Of a DNA stretch of 64,000 bases, positions 1 to 9,814 are shown in pieces (the first letter of the stretch is position 1; each line of letters starts with the position of its first letter). Origin of the DNA: Acidobacteriota bacterium (GTDB lineage Bacteria; Acidobacteriota; UBA6911; RPQK01; JAJDTT01); NCBI GenBank assembly GCA_965263035.1, contig OZ253580.1, positions 5,632,001-5,696,000 of the forward strand. The letters are read 5' to 3'. A model generated the notes under the pieces. It had not been told where the DNA came from. It saw only the letters and a list, made by a program, of their open reading frames with translations, and did not search any database. The position numbers were made by a program, and so were the translations under genes.

Positions 1-434
1 GCCGGAGCCAGATTGGGATTCCGGTAGACCCATCCCAGTCCGGGAACCCGGCGGCCGTCTCCGTCGATCTGCAGGGCGCCCCGGATACCATGGTTGATGA
101 GGAACCTGGTGGCGAAAGGGATGTCCGCTTCAAAGCAGGGGATGCGATGGTCGATGAGGCGGTCGCGCAGGGCAGGAGTGTCCGACGGTATGCGGAGATT
201 GACTCGCACCAGAGGAGTGCCATCCATGGCGCGAAAGCGGGACGGGACCAAAGAGCGTGCATCCAGTTGCCGTGCCCGGCTCCGGTGCCGCGAAGCGACG
301 TAGAAGTGGGGGATCTCCCGGTCATCACGGACCAGAAACGGATCTCCGTTCTCCAGGCGCCCGTACAGGTGCACCACGGGACGCCGGGCCTCGATCCGAT
401 AGGTGGCTTGGAGAATGAACCCGCGGATGGGCAT
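1..434 (-). CDS. polB: DNA polymerase II / family B, N-terminal part (runs off window)
   Basis: Manual translation from ATG at 434: MPIRGFILQATYRIEARRPVVHLYGRLENGDPFLVRD...IPCFEADIPFATRFLINHGI, resembling the PolB N-terminus; not in the ORF track because it is truncated. Confidence 0.75.
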   Translation of the reverse strand, partial: MPIRGFILQATYRIEARRPVVHLYGRLENGDPFLVRDDREIPHFYVASRHRSRARQLDARSLVPSRFRAMDGTPLVRVNLRIPSDTPALRDRLIDHRIPCFEADIPFATRFLINHGIRGALQIDGDGRRVPGLGWVYRNPNLAP

Positions 435-609
435 CTTGGAACTCCAGGTTTCTTTCCATTTTACGCTTGCGGCGCAGAAATGCCTGCTCCCGATTGGCAG
501 ATGCGGGGGCGGGGGAAGACCGCCGGACGGGGCTTGTGGGCTACGAGGCGGACCTGATTCGCTGGTGGAAACGGAAACCTGCGAATGCGGGGATGACCAA
601 CGCCGCCGA

Positions 610-1299
610 TCAGTTCTGATTCGCGGGAGGCGCCTTCCGGTAGTCCCTGTTTCGATGGCGGATCAGATCGCCGTCCACCATGAAGACCACGTCTTCGGCA
701 ATGTTGGTGCAAAGGTCCGCAATCCGCTCCAGGTTCCGGGAGGTGGACAGCAGGTGGACCGATCGCTCCACCGTGTCGGAGTCCTGTTTCATCAGCTCTT
801 GCAGCGAGATGAACATATCCCGGTTGATGGCATCGATTTCGTCATCCATGGTGAGGACCGTCCGGGCCAGGCCGGTGTCCATCCGGATCAGGGCGTCCAG
901 GCTGTCTCGCACCATCCGGCGGACGCCGGTCACCATTCGCGCGAAGTCCAGCGAAACCTTCAGCGCCGGGTGAACGGAGAGGTAGGAGGCTCGTTCGGCG
1001 ATATTGACGGCCAGATCGCCCATGCGCTCCAGATCGTTGTTGACTTTCAGAACCGTGATGATGAATCGAAGGTCACCGGCGACGGGCTGGTAGAGCGCCA
1101 GGGCCTTGAGGCAGTCCTCCTCCAGATCCAATTCCTTGAGATCGATCTGGCGGTCTCCGGAAATCACCTCTTCTCCCAAGTCGTGCCGGCGGTCGAGCAG
1201 CGCCAGGATGGCGTTGTTGATGGCCTCCTCGACGATGCTTCCCAAACCGAGCAGTTTTCTCTTCACGCGTTCGAAATCGCGCACCATGTGCTTGGTCAT
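610..1299 (-). CDS. phoU: Phosphate signalling complex protein PhoU
   Basis: YQPVAGDLRFI and DLERMGDLAVNIA/NLERIADLCTNIAE repeats; last gene of pst operon. Confidence 0.95.
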   Translation of the reverse strand: MTKHMVRDFERVKRKLLGLGSIVEEAINNAILALLDRRHDLGEEVISGDRQIDLKELDLEEDCLKALALYQPVAGDLRFIITVLKVNNDLERMGDLAVNIAERASYLSVHPALKVSLDFARMVTGVRRMVRDSLDALIRMDTGLARTVLTMDDEIDAINRDMFISLQELMKQDSDTVERSVHLLSTSRNLERIADLCTNIAEDVVFMVDGDLIRHRNRDYRKAPPANQN

Positions 1300-1376
1300 G
1301 GAAAGTTTCCCGGACCGGCGCGGCCGGCTTCAACGTAGCCGGGCTACGGCCCTACGATTCTCCAATTTCATGCCTG

Positions 1377-1537
1377 GGAGCCTGCGCCGCAGAAATTGAT
1401 CTACTGCGAAAGCGGTAGAATCGGTCCATATTTCCCCGATTTGTCGGCGAATAGAACAACTATGCACCTCCAAATCGAGAAAATCTGGCCTCGATTCCCC
1501 GCTTTCTCGCTACGATCATTTCTACCGCGCAGACTCC
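1377..1537. mobile_element. MITE family A, copy 1 (161 bp palindromic element)
   Basis: Near-identical to 48254-48414 and 55625-55785 (reverse complement); terminal inverted repeats GGAGCCTGCGCCGCAGAAAT / ATTTCTACCGCGCAGACTCC. Confidence 0.9.
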
Positions 1538-2289
1538 TAACCGAAACGTCCCGTCACGTATTCCTCGGTTCGCCTCTCCTGGGGGCGCGTAAAGATGGTC
1601 TGGGTTTCATCGAACTCAACCAGCGTACCATTCTCAAGGAAAGCCGTATGCTGCGAGACGCGGGAGGCCTGCTGCATGTTGTGGGTCACGATCACGATGG
1701 AGTATCGCTCCTTGAGCTCGAACATCAGGTCCTCGATCCGGGCGGTCGAGACCGGGTCCAGCGCGGAACAGGGTTCGTCCATCAATATCACCTCGGGCTC
1801 CATGGCCAGGGCCCGAGCGATGCAGAGCCGTTGCTGCTGTCCTCCCGACAGATTGATGGCCGAATCGCCCATCCGGTCTCGCACCTCTTCCCAGAGGGCC
1901 GCCCGTCTCAGCGAACGTTCGACTCTCTCGTCCATATCTCCGGGATACCCGTTGATGGAAGGACCCCAGGCCACGTTCTTGTAGATGGACTTGGGGAAGG
2001 GGTTGGGCTTCTGGAAGACCATTCCGGCCCGCCGCCGGACATCGGCAGGGTCCACATCCGGAGCGTAGATGTCCATGCCCCGGTAGAGCACCGTTCCCTG
2101 ATGGCTGGCCCCCTCGATCAAGTCGTTCATGCGGTTGAACGCCCTGAGCAGTGTGCTCTTGCCGCAACCGGAGGGGCCGATGATGGCGGTGATCCCACGT
2201 TCCTGGATGGAGAGCGAGACGTTCCGGATGGCTGGAATGCCTCCGTAGAAGATGCTGAGATCGACGGTCTGCAGAATCGGTTCTATCAT
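1537..2289 (-). CDS. pstB: Phosphate ABC transporter ATP-binding protein
   Basis: [45 protein letters not shown]. Confidence 0.97.
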   Translation of the reverse strand: MIEPILQTVDLSIFYGGIPAIRNVSLSIQERGITAIIGPSGCGKSTLLRAFNRMNDLIEGASHQGTVLYRGMDIYAPDVDPADVRRRAGMVFQKPNPFPKSIYKNVAWGPSINGYPGDMDERVERSLRRAALWEEVRDRMGDSAINLSGGQQQRLCIARALAMEPEVILMDEPCSALDPVSTARIEDLMFELKERYSIVIVTHNMQQASRVSQHTAFLENGTLVEFDETQTIFTRPQERRTEEYVTGRFG

Positions 2290-2310
2290 GGCCAACCAGC
2301 GGGTCTGGAC

Positions 2311-3168
2311 TTATCGTCCCGGTTTTCTCCCCAGTCGGTGCCGGATATAGACGGCAGTCGCGTTCATCAGAAGCAAGACCACCAGCAGCACGATGATGCC
2401 GGCGGCGGCGACATGGTGGAATTCCTGCTGGGGCCTCGAGGACCAGTTGAAGATCTGGATGGGAAGAGTCGTAAAGGGAGACAACGGATTCTCCGGCACG
2501 AAGGCCACGTAAGTGAGAGCTCCGATCATGATCAGCGGAGCCGTCTCACCGATGGCGCGGGAGACGGCCAGGATAACGCCGGTCAAGATGCCGGGAAAGG
2601 CGGAAGGCAGCACATGGTGCCGAACCGTCTGCCAACGGGTCGCCCCCAGCGCGTAGGAAGCATGACGGATGGATTGAGGCACGGCCCGGATCGCCTCCCG
2701 GGAGGCGATCACGATCACCGGTAGAATCAGCAGCGCCAAGGTCAGGCTTCCCGCGAGCACGCTCCTCTCAAGGGCCATGGTCCGGACGAAGATGACAAGT
2801 CCCAGGATACCGAAGACGATGGAGGGGACTCCCGAGAGATTGGACAGGTTGATTTCGATCAAACGGGCCAGTCTCCCTTTCCTCGCATATTCCTCCAGGT
2901 AGATGGCCGAAGCCACCCCCAACGGAACGGAAAAGGCGGCTGTGAAGCTGATGACCCAGCAGGTGCCCCAGAGCGCCGACTTGATGCCGGCCCGATCAGG
3001 GAAGCGGGACGGGAACGATTGCAGAAACTGCAGGTTGAGCCAATCCACCCCCTGGCGGCTGACGTGATAGAGGAGTAGGCCGAGCAGAAGGACGCCGCCC
3101 CAGGTCACCAGGGCGCAGGCGTAGTGGAAGACGGAAGCCAGACGCCGCCGGCCGGCCAGACTCTTCAC
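2311..3168 (-). CDS. pstA: Phosphate ABC transporter permease PstA
   Basis: NLSGVPSIVFGILGL, SRAIGETAPL; operon position. Confidence 0.95.
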   Translation of the reverse strand: MKSLAGRRRLASVFHYACALVTWGGVLLLGLLLYHVSRQGVDWLNLQFLQSFPSRFPDRAGIKSALWGTCWVISFTAAFSVPLGVASAIYLEEYARKGRLARLIEINLSNLSGVPSIVFGILGLVIFVRTMALERSVLAGSLTLALLILPVIVIASREAIRAVPQSIRHASYALGATRWQTVRHHVLPSAFPGILTGVILAVSRAIGETAPLIMIGALTYVAFVPENPLSPFTTLPIQIFNWSSRPQQEFHHVAAAGIIVLLVVLLLMNATAVYIRHRLGRKPGR

Positions 3169-4064
3169 TCGTACACCTCCCGGAACCGGTGGAGCACCCG
3201 GTTGGCGATCACGTTCATGAACAAGGTGATGGCGAACAGCAGGGCGGCGACGGCAAAGATGGTCTGGTACTCGATGGTGCCGGCCGGGGTGTCGCCGAGA
3301 CTGACCTGGACGATATAGGCCGTCATGGTCTGGATGCTCTCCGCCGGATTGAGCGTCATCTTGGGGGTCGCTCCCGCCGCCAGGGTGACCGCCATGGTTT
3401 CGCCGATAGCTCTGGAAATCGCCAGAACGAAGGACGCCACGACACCCGACGTCGCGGAGGGAAGGGTCACGCCCACCGTGACTTCCAACGGCGTGGCTCC
3501 CAAGGCATAAGCGCCTTGGCGGAGCGACTGGGGCACGGCCCGGATGGCATCGTCGCAGAGAGAGGCCACCATGGGCAGCACCATGATGCCGACGACGATG
3601 GAGGCGCTGGCCGCGTTGAAGATCCGGATCTGGTCGAAGAACGTCTGCAGAATCGGCGTGACGAAAGTCAGGGCAAAATAGCCGTACACCACCGTGGGGA
3701 TGCCGGCGAGGATTTCCAAAACGGGTTTGACCACCTCTCGGACGCGGTCCGAGGCGTACTCAGAAAGATAGATGCCCGTGGCCAGGCCCACCGGCAGAGC
3801 GACCAGGGACGAACCCAGGACGATGAGCAGGGTTCCCGAAACCAAGGGCAGGACACCGAAGGATCGGGGTTCCAGCAGCGGCGTCCAGCGGGTGCCGAAC
3901 AGGAAGTCCAGGATGGGGACTTCGCGGAAGAAGAGGGCCGATTCGGAGAGCAGAATCAGGATGATGGCCACCGTCGTGGCCACCGAAACGCAGGCGCAAC
4001 CCAGGAGGAGCCACCCGATGAGCTTCTCGCGAACGTTCCTTTTCTTTCGGAACTGGAGTGACAT
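3165..4064 (-). CDS. pstC: Phosphate ABC transporter permease PstC
   Basis: ILAGIPTVVYGYF, SRAIGETMAV; 4-bp overlap with pstA. Confidence 0.95.
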   Translation of the reverse strand: MSLQFRKKRNVREKLIGWLLLGCACVSVATTVAIILILLSESALFFREVPILDFLFGTRWTPLLEPRSFGVLPLVSGTLLIVLGSSLVALPVGLATGIYLSEYASDRVREVVKPVLEILAGIPTVVYGYFALTFVTPILQTFFDQIRIFNAASASIVVGIMVLPMVASLCDDAIRAVPQSLRQGAYALGATPLEVTVGVTLPSATSGVVASFVLAISRAIGETMAVTLAAGATPKMTLNPAESIQTMTAYIVQVSLGDTPAGTIEYQTIFAVAALLFAITLFMNVIANRVLHRFREVYE

Positions 4065-4111
4065 GTCTGCGGTGAATCGGGTACAGGAACTTCAGTCCTG
4101 AAAGCCGGCGG

Positions 4112-5095
4112 TTAGCCGCCCACCTGGAACAGATCCAGCAGCGAGGCTCCTGCTTTGTGCCCACCGCCGTAGACCGTCCCCGTAATGCCGTTGGTGAAGC
4201 GGTTCAAAGCCAACTCGTAAACTGCTGCCGGAAGCGCCACGTAACCCACCTCCTGCACCAGATTGGGAGCTTCCCGGAGGTAGAATTCCACGAACGCCAC
4301 CACCTCCTCACTCCGTGCCTGATCGTTGACGTAGATGAAAATAGGGCGGGAAAGGGGCTTGTACGTATTCGTGTTGATGGTTTCGTTAGATGGAAAAACC
4401 GGACCTTCTCCCCCGTCGATGGGGATCAGCTTCAGGCGGGAGGCATTCTCGGCGTAGTACGCGAAGCCGAAGAAACCCAGAGCCTCCGGGTCGCCCGCGA
4501 TGCCTTGAACCAGGACGTTGTCATCCTCGCTGGCGGTGAAATCGGGGCGGCAAACCTGGGATTTTCCATTGACCGCCTCGGTGAAATAGTCGAAGGTCCC
4601 TGAATCGGTTCCGGGTCCGTACAACGAAATATCTCTATCGGGCCACTCCGAGCGGATGTCGCTCCATTTGTTCACCATGCTCCCGGGCTGCCAGATCTTC
4701 CGCAGCTCCTCCACGGTCAGATAGTCGAGGAAATCGTTGGCTGGATTGGCCACAACGGAGATGCCGTCAAAGGCTACGGGCAATTCGATGTACTGAACCG
4801 AGTTCGCCTCTGCGGCTTCCTGCTCGATGGGTTTGATGGCGCGCGACGCGTCATTGATGTCGGTCTCCCCGGTGCAGAACTGCTTGAATCCTCCACCTGT
4901 GCCGGAGATGCCCACCGTGACCTGGACCCCGCGGTGGATCTTCTGGAACTCTTCGGCGACGGCCTCGGTGATGGGGAATACGGTGCTGGAACCATCGACC
5001 TTGACTCGACCGCGCATTCCTCCCGAGTCGTCGGCACCGCCGCAAGAAGACAAGAGGAGCCCCGAAAGACACAAGCAGCGCATCATTTTCGTCAT
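4112..5095 (-). CDS. pstS: Phosphate-binding lipoprotein PstS
   Basis: Lipobox [38 protein letters not shown]. Confidence 0.95.
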   Translation of the reverse strand: MTKMMRCLCLSGLLLSSCGGADDSGGMRGRVKVDGSSTVFPITEAVAEEFQKIHRGVQVTVGISGTGGGFKQFCTGETDINDASRAIKPIEQEAAEANSVQYIELPVAFDGISVVANPANDFLDYLTVEELRKIWQPGSMVNKWSDIRSEWPDRDISLYGPGTDSGTFDYFTEAVNGKSQVCRPDFTASEDDNVLVQGIAGDPEALGFFGFAYYAENASRLKLIPIDGGEGPVFPSNETINTNTYKPLSRPIFIYVNDQARSEEVVAFVEFYLREAPNLVQEVGYVALPAAVYELALNRFTNGITGTVYGGGHKAGASLLDLFQVGG

Positions 5096-5125
5096 CGATC
5101 CTGTTTCCTCATCTCGTTGCAAAAA

Positions 5126-6571
5126 TTAGAAGTTCAGTTGAAACCGGGTGACCACGGCGTGGGTGCCGCCGACCTCGTACAAGTCGCCGAAGACATAGTT
5201 GAACATGATCCGGGCGACCGGATTCAGATACCAGTTCACAGCCGCCGTCAGGTTGGTGAGACGGCCTCCCTGAATGGCTCTGTCCGTCAGGTCCAGAGTG
5301 GAATACCGGAGCGCCATCTCCCAGGCTCCCGTCCCCTCTCCCGGCGCAAAATTTTTCCGGGGCCGCACGCGGTCGAAGGAACCCGAGGAAGCCTTGTAGT
5401 TCCGCTGCTCTCCGGTCAGGAAGACGCTGGCATAGATATAGAAGCCACCGAAAGCCGGGTCTCCGGCGATCTGGGAATGGGCCGCCGAGTAGGTGTACTC
5501 GGACTGAACCGAAAAGGGCCCGCTCACAACGGCGCCTTCCAAGGCCAGCATCTGAACCTGATCCGAGGGAAATGAGGCCGTGTCCAGATAGCGGTCCGTG
5601 AGATGGAGTTCCGGGCGCTGCCGCCAGCGCAGGGCGCCGTCGCTGGGTCTTCTGAGGCTGTAGCTGACACCCAGATGGGCCAATCTGTCCTTCTGCTCGC
5701 TGAGGGCCGGCACGCCGGTCAGACGAAAGGTGCCGGCGACGCCGTCTCCCAGACTGGTTCCACCGTTGTCCGTATCCCGGAAGATGCCCGCAGCCCAGGT
5801 CAACCGCTGGTCGAACTGGGAGTTGTAGACGGTCAGCCCCACGTTTCTACTGGACGAGAAGACGTTGGGCAGGGAGCGTTCCACGAAGGTCATATAGTTG
5901 CTGCTGGTGAGTTCCTCCAGGCTGTAGGGTTCCTTGTAGTGACCGACCTTGACGTTCCCGACGCCGGGAAGTGCCTTGAGTCCGATGAAGACATCCTTCA
6001 GCGCCGTTGAGCCCCCAGCAAAGTCGAATTGGCTTTTGAAGCTCAGGTTCCCGAACAGGTCGCCCGACATGTAAAGACGCGTCCTGCGGAATTCACTGCC
6101 GCTGGTCTGATCTCCGATCGCGTCCCTCACGGATTGATCCTCGCTGATCCACATCCAGTCGGCCTGGATACGTCCGCCGATCTTGAGACTCACCCGCTTG
6201 TCCGGTGTCTCCAGCCGGACTCCATCCTTCCAATAGGGTCGCAGGGAGTTGTCGTCTTGAGTTCGGTCTGTAGATTCCTTCTTCCCGGGCTCATTGTGCT
6301 GCTCCTGTTGGCCTTTTCCCTTGCAGCCCGTGGTGAAAGTCCCGCGAGCACCGAGACCGTTCCTGCGCCCGCCGGACAAGGCGCGATGAGGGAGCATACG
6401 GGGAGTATGTGACCGAGTCGCAACGCAGTCCGCCGGGATGCAGGGACGGTCGAATGCCGTGACGACTTTTGCCACGGGCTGCTGGGCACTGGATGAGGTC
6501 TGGGCTGTCAGGGAAACGCCTCCCGCTTGCAGCAGCAGCGTGCTGAGGATGAGCAGTCCCGTACGCTTCAC
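5126..6571 (-). CDS. Phosphate-selective porin OprO/OprP family, carrying an in-frame MITE insertion
   Basis: Signal peptide from GTG 6571, [39 protein letters not shown]-terminal F; first gene of pst operon. Confidence 0.88.
   Translation of the reverse strand: MKRTGLLILSTLLLQAGGVSLTAQTSSSAQQPVAKVVTAFDRPCIPADCVATRSHTPRMLPHRALSGGRRNGLGARGTFTTGCKGKGQQEQHNEPGKKESTDRTQDDNSLRPYWKDGVRLETPDKRVSLKIGGRIQADWMWISEDQSVRDAIGDQTSGSEFRRTRLYMSGDLFGNLSFKSQFDFAGGSTALKDVFIGLKALPGVGNVKVGHYKEPYSLEELTSSNYMTFVERSLPNVFSSSRNVGLTVYNSQFDQRLTWAAGIFRDTDNGGTSLGDGVAGTFRLTGVPALSEQKDRLAHLGVSYSLRRPSDGALRWRQRPELHLTDRYLDTASFPSDQVQMLALEGAVVSGPFSVQSEYTYSAAHSQIAGDPAFGGFYIYASVFLTGEQRNYKASSGSFDRVRPRKNFAPGEGTGAWEMALRYSTLDLTDRAIQGGRLTNLTAAVNWYLNPVARIMFNYVFGDLYEVGGTHAVVTRFQLNF
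6324..6481. mobile_element. MITE family B, copy 1, inserted in frame in porin gene
   Basis: TIRs CAGCCCGTGG(TG/CA)AAAGTC; homologous to 9654-9813; one end identical over 18 bp to the IS end at 37960. Confidence 0.9.
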
Positions 6572-6917
6572 GGAGTTTCCGCTCCATATCCCGATTGCGG
6601 AGGATACGAAAACAATATGAAGCAGTGATGAAGAAGGCATGAAAAAAACCGGTCCCTCGCAACCTTTTCGAATGTCCGAAATTAAGAGTTTCCCACGCCT
6701 GGTCGGCAGGGCGCCTCACCGGTCTCGACGCGATCCAGGGCTTTCAGCGGCGGCGCGCATGCCATCTATTTCGATCACCGGGACCATGGCATACAGTTGT
6801 GGAGATTACACTTGCGAAGGCCCTTGCGGCAAGGCTTCGCCGGGAAAACCCTCTCCTGCGGTCCGTCGCTCTGTGCGTCCGAGTGGCCGGCTAAATCGCG
6901 TGGCCGGCGTGGATTGT

Positions 6918-8387
6918 TCAGTCGAAGCAGTAGAGGGCGCTGACGGTCCGCAGATAGATCTTTCCATCCACCAGCGCCGGCGTGGCATAGCAATCCTCAC
7001 CCATGCGGTTGACGGCCAGCACCTCCCATTCCGGTGCGGCCCTCAGGACCGAGACGTCACCGTTCTCGCCGAGCAGATAAACCTTGCCGTCGCCCCCGAC
7101 CGGAGACGCGAAATACCGGCTCATGGCCTCCTTGAGTCTTCCTTGCTTGAAGACGGCGCCCGTGCCCGGGTCCAGAGTGGTGACGATGCCTCCGTCCTTG
7201 ATCAGGTAGAGGACCCTCTCATACAGGAGGGGAGAGGGCACGTTGGGCAGGCTCTTGTGGTACTGCCATCCTCGGGCGGTCACGGTCGTGTCCCCCTTTC
7301 CGCCCAGACGAATCCTCTGGACAGAGTTCACCGACGCCCGGCGCAGGCGGTAGATTTCCCAGTCCCGCTCTCCCATTTGGCTGTCCAGATCCAGATCGAT
7401 CGTATCCCACGCCTTGTGGTAGTTGGCCGCCAGGGCACCCACGGCTTCTTCCTTGGAGAGCTTCCGGTCTCCGTTGCGATCATGTGTCTTCAGGACCTCG
7501 GCAAAGGGGAGGATGTCCTCCTGCTTGCCCGGATCGGCGCCGCCTGCCCATCCCAGAACGTATGCATACTCTGCGTCCAATACGGGGGTGGGTTTCATTT
7601 GCCAGGTCAGTCCACGGCTCCACCAGATCTTCCCCCCGGTGGCCGCCGAATAGGCGACGAGTTGAAATGACCCTGGAACCAGGACCTGGAGTTCTCCGCC
7701 TGGAGGCCGGTAGAGGACCGGCGTGGAGAAACCCCGCCGGACCAGGGGACGCTCGTTGCGCCAGGCGATACGTCCCGTCTTCTTGTCCACCGCCACCATG
7801 AACGATCCGGACTCGCCGTCGCAGACCTGAACCACATGGTTGCCGGCCAGGACGGGAGAGCCGCCGATCCCGAACGGAGTATTGTATGGGCCCAGCGGGA
7901 CCCGCCAGAGTTCGTTGCCGTGGGCATCGTAGGCCAGGAGGCCCAGATCCTGGAAAAAGACGTACACGTTGCTCCCGTCGGTCACGGGGCTGGGAGAGGC
8001 GGGGGAGTTGTCCCGGTGGAGCTCGCCCTTCCTGGTTCTGGCGACGTCCCGGGTCCACCGGATTTCTCCTGTCTTCCGGTCCAGGGCCGTCGTGGAGAGG
8101 CGGTTTTCGTGGAAGCCGGTGACGAAAATGATCTCCCGGGAAAAGACGGGAGACGAATGGCCGGGAGGAAGGGATGTCTTCCAGCGGACGTTTTCCTGTG
8201 GTCCGAACCGGAGCGGGAGATCCCGGGAGGTGGAGACGCCGGACCCGTTGGGTCCCCGAAACTGCGTCCAGTCTCCTGCCTCCGAGACCTGCATCGTGAG
8301 GGCCAACAGCGGGCACAGGACCAAGCGGCGGCGCCCCATGCTGGTGGGACACCGTGCGTCATTGGACGATTGGGTTGCAGGTCTCAT
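6918..8387 (-). CDS. PQQ-binding-like beta-propeller repeat protein with EF-hand-like insert
   Basis: DWTQFRGPNGSG, GHSSPV, ASPSPVTDG, YFASPV, ATPALVDGKIYLRT; DRNGDRKLSKEE. Confidence 0.85.
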   Translation of the reverse strand: MRPATQSSNDARCPTSMGRRRLVLCPLLALTMQVSEAGDWTQFRGPNGSGVSTSRDLPLRFGPQENVRWKTSLPPGHSSPVFSREIIFVTGFHENRLSTTALDRKTGEIRWTRDVARTRKGELHRDNSPASPSPVTDGSNVYVFFQDLGLLAYDAHGNELWRVPLGPYNTPFGIGGSPVLAGNHVVQVCDGESGSFMVAVDKKTGRIAWRNERPLVRRGFSTPVLYRPPGGELQVLVPGSFQLVAYSAATGGKIWWSRGLTWQMKPTPVLDAEYAYVLGWAGGADPGKQEDILPFAEVLKTHDRNGDRKLSKEEAVGALAANYHKAWDTIDLDLDSQMGERDWEIYRLRRASVNSVQRIRLGGKGDTTVTARGWQYHKSLPNVPSPLLYERVLYLIKDGGIVTTLDPGTGAVFKQGRLKEAMSRYFASPVGGDGKVYLLGENGDVSVLRAAPEWEVLAVNRMGEDCYATPALVDGKIYLRTVSALYCFD

Positions 8388-8587
8388 CCTCGATGTCTCT
8401 CCTGCCGATTGGGTCTGTAGCCCGTGTTGGAATTCCGGGGGAAACTGTAATCCATGGACGATTGGAGACTAGGCGGAAATTGGGAACGAGTCAAACGTCG
8501 GGAGGATGGGGTCAGGGGTAGATTTTCGCCGCCGGTCATCCATACTGTCCAGGCTGAAGCCGATCGGAGAGAAACAATGAGGAGGGC

Positions 8588-9247
8588 ATGATGGCCGACA
8601 GCGACAAGGGACCGATTTCGGTCAAGGACATGATTCTGGTGCCGGCGGTGATCACCTTGGCCGTGACCATCCTGCGCTTGACCGGAGAGCTCAACGGCTG
8701 GTCTCCACTGTTGTTCAATTCCGAAGCGGGCGGCGGCGCCGCCATTGTGGGGATCGCTTGGCTGGTGCCCATCTTCGGGGTCTACTTCGCCTTGAGGCTG
8801 GCCAGGTCCGGTGGCGCTCCCACGTCAGCCGGCCGGGTGCTGGCCTACGCGGCCGGGGGGCTGGCCGCGGCCGTCGCCATCATGATCGGAGGCAGTCTGC
8901 TGGTGGGAGAAGCCTATCCGGTCGCCATGCTGGTTCCGGCCGTTGCCGGAATCGTGGGTATGAGCATCGCCTGCCGCGGCTGGTGCGCTCTGGGCAGGAT
9001 CCTGTTCTACTACGCTCTGGCGGCCCGCATTCCGGTGATCCTCATCACCCTGCTCGCGGTAGTGGGCGACTGGGGAACCCACTACGACGCCGTACCCCCC
9101 GGGTTCCCGGAGATGAGCGCCATGGGCAAATTCTTCTGGTCGGGTGTGGTTCCCCAGTTGACCGTTTGGGTGGCCTACACCATGGTCGTGGGAGCCCTGT
9201 TCGGGGGAATCGCCGTCGCGGTGACGAGCCGGCGCAGATCGGTCTAG
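8588..9247 (+). CDS. Hypothetical multi-pass membrane protein
   Basis: RBS GGAGGG, about six hydrophobic segments. Confidence 0.75.
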   Translation: MMADSDKGPISVKDMILVPAVITLAVTILRLTGELNGWSPLLFNSEAGGGAAIVGIAWLVPIFGVYFALRLARSGGAPTSAGRVLAYAAGGLAAAVAIMIGGSLLVGEAYPVAMLVPAVAGIVGMSIACRGWCALGRILFYYALAARIPVILITLLAVVGDWGTHYDAVPPGFPEMSAMGKFFWSGVVPQLTVWVAYTMVVGALFGGIAVAVTSRRRSV

Positions 9248-9265
9248 AGAGGTGCCGGAGTCTGC

Positions 9266-9667
9266 ATGCCAAAGGCCAAGCTCGGCCAGTTCGATGATCT
9301 CGTCCGGCTCTCGAACGAGCCGCTTGAACCCATCGTGGAACGCCTGCGCGCAGTGATCCTCGAAATTCACCCGGATGCCTGCGAAGTGGTCCGCCTCGGC
9401 GACCGGGCCGCCACTTACGGTTGCGGGCCCAGAAAAATGATCGACGGGTACGCATACATCCTGCCCTACAAATCTTGGGTCAATCTCGGCTTCTACAGGG
9501 GTACGAGCCTGCCGGATCCTGAGGAATTGCTGGAAGGGACCGGCGCCAGGATGCGTCACGTGAAGATGCGGACGGTTGAGGACGTAGAACGGCCCGGCGT
9601 TCGAGGGCTGATCAGGGAGGCCTGCGGCGAGCGCAAGGCTGCGCTTGGACTCGCAGCCCGTGGCTAA
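9266..9667 (+). CDS. DUF1801 (YdhG-like) domain protein
   Basis: WVNLGFYRGTSLPDPEELLEGTGARMRHVK motif; stop codon lies within MITE B copy 2. Confidence 0.85.
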   Translation: MPKAKLGQFDDLVRLSNEPLEPIVERLRAVILEIHPDACEVVRLGDRAATYGCGPRKMIDGYAYILPYKSWVNLGFYRGTSLPDPEELLEGTGARMRHVKMRTVEDVERPGVRGLIREACGERKAALGLAARG

Positions 9668-9813
9668 AGTCGTCACGGCATTCGACCGTCCCTGCATCGT
9701 GCGCGGACTGCGTTGCTATCGGCTCACATACTCCCGGTATGCTCCCTCCGTTGCGCCTGGTCCGGCGGGCGCAGGAACGGTCTCGGTGCTCGCGGGACTT
9801 TCACCACGGACTG
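9654..9813. mobile_element. MITE family B, copy 2
   Basis: CAGCCCGTGGCTAAAGTC...GACTTTCACCACGGACTG; flanks CTCG/CTCA; lies between convergent genes. Confidence 0.9.
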
Positions 9814-9814
9814 C

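Noticed and set aside
1396-2724. Long ORFs 1396-2724 (+) and 54378-55766 (-) sharing the N-terminus MIYCESGRIGPYFPD
   Set aside because: The shared start is MITE A sequence; the rest is antisense shadow of pstB/pstA and of the cyclase gene
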